A stretch of DNA of 64,000 nucleotides. Origin: Candidatus Poribacteria bacterium (GTDB lineage Bacteria; Poribacteria; WGA-4E; WGA-3G). The notes beneath the pieces are model-generated. The model searched no databases. It saw nothing but the letters and a program-made list of their open reading frames with translations, and was not told where the DNA came from. The number at the start of each line of letters is the position of its first letter. Position 1 is the first letter of the stretch. This document shows positions 40,071 through 48,742 of the stretch, one piece after another. The translations under genes and the position numbers were made by a program. The stretch is taken from positions 128,001 through 192,000 of the forward strand of contig OZ219750.1 of assembly GCA_964291315.2 (NCBI GenBank), given 5' to 3'.

Positions 40071-40377
40071 AAAAGAGGGCGGCATTCGGAGGTACCTCCT
40101 ACAGCGGAAAAACAGACATTCCACAAGGTATGTAGTATTCTAATTAACATAAGTTTGAAAAAAGAGTTAAGAGAGCTCTTTTTCCCATAACTTCTCAGGG
40201 TGTTCAAGCAACTTGAGGCAGAAACTGTCAGGCTGTGCATCTTCAATGCTTGTCTGCATCACTTGTTCGGTTCCGCCAGGGATCTCTTAATTCAAAGATG
40301 ACTTAAACATTTATCAAGCTCGCGTTATAAAAAAAGAAGTGCACGTCTGTGTGTCTTGATAGAAAAAGGAGATAAAA

Positions 40378-41467
40378 TTGCGAACAACATTTTTCATCCT
40401 ATTCACTCTTGGGGTGCTCCTGTCTTCGGGTGTTTCGTTTGCAGGCGCAGCAGAGTGGCAGGAGAGCGTCATAACAAGCCAGACAGATGAGAATGTGTAT
40501 GTTGTCATCTCGACGTGGAAGGTTGAAAATACAAAGAAAGGCATTCCGGGCGGTTTCCGGACGCGCGGAACTTACCGTATCCTTAAACGACGGTGCTCAA
40601 AATGACAACACTGAAAACACTGAAAATGAAGATGCCCTTCCTGCCCCTCAGCAAGAGGCGGTTCCTGCGGGCATGGTGTTGATCCCCGCGGGTACATTTC
40701 AGATGGGCAGCAACAGCAGATGGATGCCAAATAATCAGCATAACATCGACTGGCATGCAAGTAGAGATGAGAGCCCTATTCACACTGTCACTTTAGATGC
40801 GTTTTATATGGACACCCACGAAGTGACAAACGCAGAATATACTGAATTTTTAAACGCAAAAGGAGAAAATATCAACACTGACCACGTATGGCACTGGCCA
40901 GGCATAGACATCGTTCTCGATCACAGAAGCGGTAAATATACCGTATTAAAGGGATATGAGAACCACCTTGTCTTTAGTGTCAGTTGGTATGGCGCGATGG
41001 CTTATGCAAATTGGGCAGGCAAACGGCTACCGACCGAGGCGGAGTGGGAATACGCTGCACGCGGCGGGTTAGCTGGCAAGGAATATCCTTGGGGCGACAC
41101 GTTTGACAGCACGCGGGCGAACTGCTCCGATAATAATATCGATGATACGACAGCGGTAGGGAGTTATGCGCCGAACGGTTACGGTCTGTATGATATGGCG
41201 GGGAACGTCTATGAATGGTGCTTAGATGTGTATAATTATAACTTCTATGCTATTTTGCCTGCCCGGAATCCGTTGTCGGGTGCGCCTAGTATTCAGTGGT
41301 TATTGGATAACTACGAAAAGACTGACAGTCACCTCCACCTCGTCTTGCGCGGCGGCTCATGGAGCAGCGATGCGCTGCGTATGCGAGTTGCGTATCGTTA
41401 TCACTATTCGCCTACGTTGACGTACTCCGGTGGTGGGTTCCGTTGTGTGAAATCTCTAACCCCTTGA
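40378..41467 (+). pseudogene. Secreted FGE-sulfatase (SUMF1) domain protein, frameshifted near 40550
   Basis: Signal-peptide ORF at 40378 with RBS AAGGAG; +1 frame has 'IPAGTFQMG', 'RLPTEAEWEYAARGG', 'NGYGLYDMAGNVYEW', 'GFRC'. Confidence 0.75.
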
Positions 41468-41620
41468 AGCTTTGCTGTCTAATACTTTTTAGGCTCAGGT
41501 GAATCGCTGAAAGGCACTGAAGATAGAATCCAAGGCGTGATGGCGAGTAAGCGTTTGCTTACTTACAGCTATCACGTCCTTTTATTTATTCTTAACTCCA
41601 CGGAGGACGATTTAGCACTA

Positions 41621-42091
41621 TCAGATGGAGGTTGATAGTCTAAGCATTGCAGCGAGATATAACGTTCTATTCTGATTCCTGAACGGTCCCGGGGTCTCAG
41701 GAGTTTCTGGAAACCTAGAGAACAGTTGTGCTTCACTAACCTCGTTAAGGTCGATTGGTTTTCCGAGCGTTTCAATTTCTCCGAAGTAAGCAATTCCCCA
41801 GTATTCAAGAGTGAACATAAAGTAGTGAATGTAGCATAGAACTTCGAGATCCTTCAGCTTTGCGCCTGTCTCTTCTAGGAGTTCCCGGTGTGCGGCCTCT
41901 TCAGCGGTTTCTCCCGGTTCGACGCGTCCGCCAGGTAATACCCAAAAATCGCTATCTTGCCATTTGCAGAAGAGGATTCGATGTTGTTGATGCGCGATGC
42001 AATTGACGACATCGATGTGTCCTACGTCTGTTGGAGGTTTTCCAAAATGGAGCAGCATGTGTCCATCTTGTTCTTCGACTCTTTGAACCAA
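41621..42091 (-). CDS. NUDIX hydrolase
   Basis: Nudix box GGRVEPGETAEEAAHRELLEETG. Confidence 0.92.
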   Translation of the reverse strand: MVQRVEEQDGHMLLHFGKPPTDVGHIDVVNCIAHQQHRILFCKWQDSDFWVLPGGRVEPGETAEEAAHRELLEETGAKLKDLEVLCYIHYFMFTLEYWGIAYFGEIETLGKPIDLNEVSEAQLFSRFPETPETPGPFRNQNRTLYLAAMLRLSTSI

Positions 42092-42127
42092 TTCTCCCCT
42101 CCGTATTATACCTTCTTGTCTGCTCTG

Positions 42128-42856
42128 TTAATTTGTAGTATCTGTAAGTAATTCGCGCCCATTCAGCGGTTGCACGGGTCGATTGTTACCGTTGAAGATT
42201 GCTTTAAACGCTGCGATTTGTGCTTCAGACATCTCTATAGGGGTTGTCAATACGAACCACTTGACCCCTTCCGTACAAGGCGGCGTTGTCAACGAACCGT
42301 TATAGCGGTAGGTGTGCTTTTTGCTCGGCAACAGATCGGAGGCGTTTAGGGTAATGTTTTCGATCTGTTTAGGTTCGCCTGAGACGGGCGGCAGATAGGC
42401 CCAAAACAGGTTAAATGCTGTGTTGATGTCTCCACTCTTGATGAGTAGGCCGATAACAGCCAAGGTGCCGTCTTCACTTTTGTGAACAAGATGCATTTCC
42501 ATGTCGGATTTTTCTCCTGCTACCGTATGTTCGCTGGGGGCGTGAAAGTGGAATTCTATAAGGTGATATTTCGTTCCATCTACCTCAATCCAACTACCCT
42601 TAGGGTACGCCACTTGGATTGTCTGGCCAGTATTTTGGACATTCAAGGACGTAGATTGGTAATTGAAGGTAATGGGCGAGAGCTTGGCTGATATGGGATT
42701 CACGAGGTCAATTGGTGATTGGTGTATTCCTACGCTACACAGTTCATATTCCGGACTGAGTTGTCCCCAGATGTCGGGTCCGTCGTCTACTTCGTAGCCC
42801 CAGCATGGCTTCTCAGTAGAAGGAGCAGTGTGCTTTTCTTTTTTTTTGTAATTCAT
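42128..42856 (-). CDS. Alpha-class carbonic anhydrase
   Basis: QSPID, FHFHAPSEH, EMHLVH, GSLTTPPCTEGV, NNRPVQPLNGR. Confidence 0.95.
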   Translation of the reverse strand: MNYKKKEKHTAPSTEKPCWGYEVDDGPDIWGQLSPEYELCSVGIHQSPIDLVNPISAKLSPITFNYQSTSLNVQNTGQTIQVAYPKGSWIEVDGTKYHLIEFHFHAPSEHTVAGEKSDMEMHLVHKSEDGTLAVIGLLIKSGDINTAFNLFWAYLPPVSGEPKQIENITLNASDLLPSKKHTYRYNGSLTTPPCTEGVKWFVLTTPIEMSEAQIAAFKAIFNGNNRPVQPLNGRELLTDTTN

Positions 42857-43054
42857 TACAAGTGTGCGTCGGGGTGGCGGGTGAACGATTTCTGCATATG
42901 GCTCTCCGCCAAGTGTGTAAGGTTGAGATCTAAAACATTTATGTGCGTCTCAAGCCGAGTGTTTTTGGGATAACGTGTAAGTAAATCAGCAAAGGAGGTG
43001 CCGCCGTCACACATTGGCCGTGCTGGCGGCTTTGAACAATTCTTGTTGGCTTGT

Positions 43055-44338
43055 TTATAAGGCAAATGTTTTCTCGTCATCAAGAGCCATTAGGGCAAAC
43101 CATGTGTTAATGTCGGTTCGCTCTGGTGCGATCTTATTGATCATTTTCGCCATGATTGCCTTATAGCGTTCATCTGTGGGTCCCATCTGGGTCATTCGTT
43201 GATTGTATGCCTCGATGTCTGATTCACTTTTCGGGTGGTTTGTCTTCAACCAGGTTTCAACATCTGCGTCGGTTGACAATGTTTTCAGTGCTTCAGCGAG
43301 TTCTGTGGCGGAGATTCCTAGGAAAGCGAGTGTTGCACGATCGATTCCAGAGTCCTCACCGTAAAAGTAAGCTCCTAGCGTGTTGCTATTTGCTGCGCGC
43401 CCCTTATCAATCAGCCGGGCGAGTTGAACCATTCCATATACGTCCGTGTTGTAGGGGCTCCGTGGTGCTTGGCGATTGAGGTCGAGAATGCCGAAGCTCT
43501 GCTGATCGTCCAGGTCTTGAAGTGCAACCCATGTGTTGATGTCTGTGCGATTTGGGGCTATTTCTCGGCATCGCGCTTCGAAGCGTTCCTGTGTTTCCGC
43601 GTTGGGTGCATAGTTCACCAATGTTTCGTTGAATTCGTCGATGGCGGCTTGTGATTTACCGGATTTCTCTCGTACCCATGCCCCAATTTCAAGGTTATTT
43701 GGGTTCTTGACTGCTGCCTCCTGAAAATCTGCAGCTGAGATACCGAGGAATGCTAAGATGCGGCGGTCTTGTCCAGAGTTGTCTCCGTATAGGTATTCCC
43801 CGATTTTTCCGGCGCGTTCGGCTCTTGCTTTGTCAGCCATCCGAGCGACGCCACCAATGCCTGCCACCTCTTTAGCGCGTGCGCTGCGCGGGGGCCCGGC
43901 AGTGAGATCTTTCTCCCAGAAACTGCCCCAATCGTCCAATTCCATAGATTGGAGTACTGTGGTAATGTCGGTTCTGCCTGGTGCAAAGCGGGCGATTCGG
44001 TCCTTCAGGCGTTGTTTGTGGCCTTCAGTATCGGGGTTTAGGTTGATGGCTTCATCGTTAAACTCGGTGATTTCGGATTCTGTTTTTCCGCTTGTTTTGA
44101 GTACCCATTTTTCGAGGTCGGCATCGTCGAGTTCAGCAGCTGCTTCTGCGTAAGCGTCGGCGGTGATTCCTAAAAACGTTAGGACGCGCTGATCTAATCC
44201 GGAGGTATCGCCGTAAATATATTCTCCGAGTGTTTCCGCGTTATATGCGCGTGCCTTATCTGTTAGCCGCGCTGCCCCTACAATTCCGGCGATGCCGAGG
44301 TTTGTGGGACGGCGTGGCGGTTGGCGTGTCAAATCCAT
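43055..44338 (-). CDS. Protein with three tandem DUF5069 domains
   Basis: Three copies of 'DL...PR......G...AR..DK.RA.....G.Y.YG..SG.D...L.FLGI'. Confidence 0.8.
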   Translation of the reverse strand: MDLTRQPPRRPTNLGIAGIVGAARLTDKARAYNAETLGEYIYGDTSGLDQRVLTFLGITADAYAEAAAELDDADLEKWVLKTSGKTESEITEFNDEAINLNPDTEGHKQRLKDRIARFAPGRTDITTVLQSMELDDWGSFWEKDLTAGPPRSARAKEVAGIGGVARMADKARAERAGKIGEYLYGDNSGQDRRILAFLGISAADFQEAAVKNPNNLEIGAWVREKSGKSQAAIDEFNETLVNYAPNAETQERFEARCREIAPNRTDINTWVALQDLDDQQSFGILDLNRQAPRSPYNTDVYGMVQLARLIDKGRAANSNTLGAYFYGEDSGIDRATLAFLGISATELAEALKTLSTDADVETWLKTNHPKSESDIEAYNQRMTQMGPTDERYKAIMAKMINKIAPERTDINTWFALMALDDEKTFAL

Positions 44339-44503
44339 AATGTATGTCCTTCCAATTTCAGATTTAAAAATAAAATATTATATTTCTTTATATTTTATCA
44401 CATTTATAGGTGGTGTCAAGCGAAAATTTGTGTGAATTGTTCAATTTGCCTTGATATTTTTCGGTGGAAATGCTACGTTTGTATCAAAGATGCTGGGAGG
44501 GGT

Positions 44504-45154
44504 ATGATGGGATTTCCTGTTTACGACTATCGGACAGATGTAAGGAACGTGTTGGTAACGCCGCAAATTCGGTCTCGGTTTTTAAGAATGGAACCTGGGC
44601 AGTGTGCGCAGCGTCACAGTCATGATTTGGGTCATGAAATTTTTCTGATTTTGGAGGGGCGCGTCGAATTTGAAATTGATGGTGAAAGGGAAGAGTTGGG
44701 CCCGGGACAGATGTGCGTCGCTTTAGCGGATCAACCGCACACGGTGTGCGTTCTCGGTGATGAGCCAGTGACGATGTATCTTTCTGTCACCCCACATATA
44801 CAGCCGACGCACACGCCGCGTTCAGAAAATGGTGAACGGCTGTCACAGAATTTTATGCCGGATCGTGCTTACGATGTCGAGCCGGAGGTGGAGGTGTCTG
44901 TATCGGAGCTGGTTGCGCGGCAAATCTGTGTGTCTAAGTTGCTTGAAGAGTTAACGCAAGCGTGTACAGCGGTTCAACAAGCGGCGGGCGGTGAGCTCAA
45001 GACAGCACTAGCTGAAGGCGACGCGGCTGCAGCGGTTGCCGCGCGTAAAGCGATGTGGGAAGCAATCTTTCCTGTCTACAAGGCTGTTGCGGAGTTGGGA
45101 GCTGTTTGGAATGCCCTTGCTCCGCGCATAACTGATGAGTCGCTTCGCGGATGA
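44504..45154 (+). CDS. Cupin domain protein
   Basis: 'HSHDLGHEIF' and 'PH' metal motif; ATG at 44504 after GGAGG. Confidence 0.8.
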   Translation: MMGFPVYDYRTDVRNVLVTPQIRSRFLRMEPGQCAQRHSHDLGHEIFLILEGRVEFEIDGEREELGPGQMCVALADQPHTVCVLGDEPVTMYLSVTPHIQPTHTPRSENGERLSQNFMPDRAYDVEPEVEVSVSELVARQICVSKLLEELTQACTAVQQAAGGELKTALAEGDAAAAVAARKAMWEAIFPVYKAVAELGAVWNALAPRITDESLRG

Positions 45155-45498
45155 GAAAACAAATTGACACATTCTGCTTTTTCTTGCTAGTTTTAACTTG
45201 TTTTATCTGCAAGTCTGTGATATACTTAAAAAAATAAAGGGACGTTCGCCTAATTTAGTTTGCGGAATTCCTGATTTGAACCGAATTTGATTTAACAACG
45301 TTTAAAATTGTTTAATGTTAGAATAGATTTCCCGTTTGGAAAGTCTCGTTTAAGCGAGTCATTTTTGTGTATCTACTAAAAGTACACTAGCTGGGGGAAT
45401 ATCCTAAATCCAAGTGTTTTTCCTTCAGACGAGGAATAGATCTTTGCCTAAAGGGCAGAGAGAAAACGTAAATACAAATGAATTGTAAGGAGTACCTT

Positions 45499-48400
45499 AT
45501 GATGAGAAATCAGCTTTTTAATAGGAAATTCATTTTTTCCTTGTTAGCTGTTGCAATCTGTTTAGGGTTCACAACGATGAGCTACGGTGAAGCGACCGTC
45601 TCTGTAGAACCTGCCGAAGTAGGATCCCCGGCGGCCGGGGAAGAACTCATGGTGAGTATTAATATAATGGGTGGTGCTGGTGTCGCCGGATATCAAGTGA
45701 CTGTTAACTTTGATCCGACTGCGCTCAGCTATGTTTCTGGCGGAAACGCAGACTATCTACCCGCGGGTGCGTTTGCGGTACCAGTTGAGGCAACTGACAG
45801 TAGTGTCATAATTGCTGCGACTTCTCTAACAGGTGCTGCACCTGATGCTGACGGCACACTCGCTACAGTAACGTTTGAAGTTGTTGAAGCAAAAGCTTCT
45901 ACTATTAGCCTCAGCGATGTTACTTTGTCTGATGCTGCAGCGGCGGCTTTAGATGTGGCTACCATGGACGGTATGATTACTGTTCTTGGTGAGGAGCCCG
46001 CTGAAGAAGATCCGATGATGAATACTGAGGAAACCGGTGAGGAGCCCGCTGAAGAAGATCCGATGATGAATACTGAGGAAACCGGTGAGGAGCCCGCTGA
46101 AGAAGATCCGATGATGAATACTGAGGAAACCGGTGAGGAGCCCGCTAAACCGGAGCCTACTGAGAAATCCACCCAGATGTTTGAGATTACGCTCACAAAC
46201 CTCACTATGGGTGAGGCTGGCATGGGTGGGCAAATGTTTTCACCTCCGATCTTTGTGACGCACGCTGCGGGTGTAGACCTTGCCCCCGTTGGTGAGGCTG
46301 CGAGTCCCGCACTTGTCGCACTTGCTGAAAATGGAGACGTCTCAGGTCTGGTTGAGCTCACAACCGCTGCTGGTGCACACAGCAAACTCGCTGATGGGTA
46401 TGTTGCGCCGGGTGAGTCTGTTACGGTCACTGTGACGGCTGATATGATGAACTCTTCGCTCTCTGTAGGGACGATGCTGGTCTCAACAAACGACGGTTTC
46501 ATCGCTGCGACAGATGTGCATCTTTTTGATGAGCACGGCATGCCTATGCCAATGGAGCTAGAGTTGATGGCTTACGATGCTGGTAGTGAAGATAATACAG
46601 AGATGGCTTCTGATATTCCGGGGCCGCTGGGCTTAGATGCCGCGGTTGATCCGGAGGGCAGCAATGCACGTGTTCCGACAGAGGGAGGCGTTATTGCTCC
46701 GCACGAGGGCATCCAAGGTGGTGCTGACGTTGGAGAAGCGTTTGCTTGGGAAGAGCCGACAGCGATGCTCACAATCACCCCTGTTGAAGCACATCCAGAA
46801 CCGCCAGTGCATCCCTCCTTGGAGTTTGACATTACGCTTACAAACCTCACTATGGGTGAGGCTGGCATGGGTGGTCAAATCTTCTCGCCTCCGATCTTCG
46901 TGACACACGCTGCGGGTGTAGACCTTGCCCCCGTTGGTGAGGCTGCGAGTCCCGCACTTGTCGCACTTGCTGAAAATGGAGACGTCTCAGGTCTGGTTGA
47001 GCTCACAACCGCTGCTGGTGCACACAGCATGGTTGCTGACAGTTATGTTCATCCGGGTGAGTCTGTTACGGTCACTGTGACGGCTGATATGATGAACTCT
47101 TCGCTCTCTGTAGGGACGATGCTGGTCTCAACAAACGACGGTTTCATCGCTGCGACAGATGTGCATCTTTTTGATGAGCACGGCATGCCTATGCCAATGG
47201 AGCTAGAGTTGATGGCTTACGATGCTGGTAGTGAAGACAATACAGAGATGGCTTCTGATATTCCGGGGCCGCTGGGCTTAGATGCCGCGGTTGATCCGGA
47301 GGGCAGCAATGCACGTGTTCCGACAGAGGGAGGCGTTATTGCTCCGCACGAGGGCATCCAAGGTGGTGCTGACGTTGGAGAAGCGTTTGCTTGGGAAGAG
47401 CCGACAGCGATGCTCACAATCACGCCGAGGACGATTCCAATAGATCCTCCACCTGAACCGGTTCCTGCTTTTGACGTTACCCTTGAACCCGGGCTGAACA
47501 TGATTTCTGTTCCACTGATGCCGGAAGAACCCTACACTGCGAAATCGCTGGCAGAAATGATCGGGGCGACAGTCGTTATTCAACTGAATTCTGCAACGCA
47601 GAGTTTCGTTGGTTATACCGTCGCTGATGGTGGCAATGGTTTTGACATTGAGGGCGGTAAAGGTTATATCGTCAACACACCGGCTGGCGGTATGGTAAAA
47701 TTCATGGGTGGTCCGTGGGACAACCAGATGCACGCCGATGCCTCGGAACCTGGGCCCGCTATGCATGTCGGTGATGAGGAACATAATCAGGATATGCATG
47801 CTGAGGCGACGGAGCCTGGTCCTGATATGCATGCCGATGATGAGGAACATGATGCCGCTATGCATGATGCTGCTGAGGATCATGATCACGATCATGCCGA
47901 GGATCATGATCACGCAGAGGTGATGGAAGAAGGTGCCGGAGCTGCTCCTGCCCTCTCCACATTCAAGAGTGCATGGGCGTTCATCGTCACAAGCGATATT
48001 CAGGGCATGGAGACCGGCACGGCTTACACGCTCATCGCCGAAAACCTACGCACTGGCAGTATCGCAACACAGAACGTCAAAAACGCTATGAGACGATCCA
48101 CTGCCATCTGGGCAGACCTTAACCGCAATAGCGTCATCGAAGCCGGCGATAGACTTCAAGTCGCCCTCTACGATGACCGCGGTCAACTCGTCTCAGGTCC
48201 CTTCCAACGCACAATAACCACGACTGATCTTCGCAGCGCATTCCTGAGCTTGGACATGACGGTTGGAGATGTGCGTCCACAGGAGACTGTTTTGGCACAG
48301 AACTTCCCGAACCCGTTCAACCCAGAAACGTGGATACCGTATCAGTTGAGTGCCTCGACAGAGGTATTGATAGAGATCTATGATGTCTCGGGGCGTTTGG

Positions 48401-48573
48401 TTCGGCGTTTAGACTTAGGATGGCAGGCGGTAGGTTCGTATACGAGTCCGTCGCGTGCTGCGTATTGGGATGGTCGGAATGCGGTAGGTGAGCGTGTAGC
48501 GAGTGGTATCTACTTCTATACGTTGCAGACATCAGATTTTGCTGCAACCCGACGGATGGTTATCCTCAAGTAA
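45499..48573 (+). CDS. Secreted cohesin + 2x Spondin_N + His/Met/Asp-rich linker + FlgD-Ig tail protein
   Basis: Cohesin 'VAGYQVTVNFDPTALSYV..DGTLATVTFEVV'; spondin 'FSPPIFVTH..ALAENGD..MLVSTNDGF..YDAGSE' twice; NFPNPFNPETWIPYQL tail. Confidence 0.85.
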   Translation: MMRNQLFNRKFIFSLLAVAICLGFTTMSYGEATVSVEPAEVGSPAAGEELMVSINIMGGAGVAGYQVTVNFDPTALSYVSGGNADYLPAGAFAVPVEATDSSVIIAATSLTGAAPDADGTLATVTFEVVEAKASTISLSDVTLSDAAAAALDVATMDGMITVLGEEPAEEDPMMNTEETGEEPAEEDPMMNTEETGEEPAEEDPMMNTEETGEEPAKPEPTEKSTQMFEITLTNLTMGEAGMGGQMFSPPIFVTHAAGVDLAPVGEAASPALVALAENGDVSGLVELTTAAGAHSKLADGYVAPGESVTVTVTADMMNSSLSVGTMLVSTNDGFIAATDVHLFDEHGMPMPMELELMAYDAGSEDNTEMASDIPGPLGLDAAVDPEGSNARVPTEGGVIAPHEGIQGGADVGEAFAWEEPTAMLTITPVEAHPEPPVHPSLEFDITLTNLTMGEAGMGGQIFSPPIFVTHAAGVDLAPVGEAASPALVALAENGDVSGLVELTTAAGAHSMVADSYVHPGESVTVTVTADMMNSSLSVGTMLVSTNDGFIAATDVHLFDEHGMPMPMELELMAYDAGSEDNTEMASDIPGPLGLDAAVDPEGSNARVPTEGGVIAPHEGIQGGADVGEAFAWEEPTAMLTITPRTIPIDPPPEPVPAFDVTLEPGLNMISVPLMPEEPYTAKSLAEMIGATVVIQLNSATQSFVGYTVADGGNGFDIEGGKGYIVNTPAGGMVKFMGGPWDNQMHADASEPGPAMHVGDEEHNQDMHAEATEPGPDMHADDEEHDAAMHDAAEDHDHDHAEDHDHAEVMEEGAGAAPALSTFKSAWAFIVTSDIQGMETGTAYTLIAENLRTGSIATQNVKNAMRRSTAIWADLNRNSVIEAGDRLQVALYDDRGQLVSGPFQRTITTTDLRSAFLSLDMTVGDVRPQETVLAQNFPNPFNPETWIPYQLSASTEVLIEIYDVSGRLVRRLDLGWQAVGSYTSPSRAAYWDGRNAVGERVASGIYFYTLQTSDFAATRRMVILK
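45988..46146 (+). repeat. 48-bp perfect coding tandem repeat x3.3 (GEEPAEEDPMMNTEET)
   Basis: Read directly. Confidence 0.95.
46180..47423 (+). repeat. Intragenic ~600-bp duplication of the spondin domain (645-bp offset)
   Basis: 46180-46778 and 46825-47423 are nearly identical at DNA level. Confidence 0.95.
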
Positions 48574-48644
48574 TATAGCAGCGAATGCACTTTTTGGCGA
48601 AGCTTGCGAGCCAAAACTTGCGATTGAAAAATAAATTGAGAAAT

Positions 48645-48717
48645 AAAACGCCCCAACCTGCCGGTTTAGCTAGCAGCGAATCAACGCCGATTAGCAGTCG
48701 GCGTTGGGGCGTTTTTT
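48645..48717 (+). terminator. Terminator-like inverted repeat with an alternative fold
   Basis: AAAACGCCCCAAC...GTTGGGGCGTTTTTT, competing with CAACGCCGA/TCGGCGTTG. Confidence 0.55.
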
Positions 48718-48742
48718 ACATATACACAGAAGGAGACGTTTT

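Noticed and set aside
45988-46146. 48-bp repeats as a CRISPR array
   Set aside because: Head-to-tail with no spacers and in frame within a CDS
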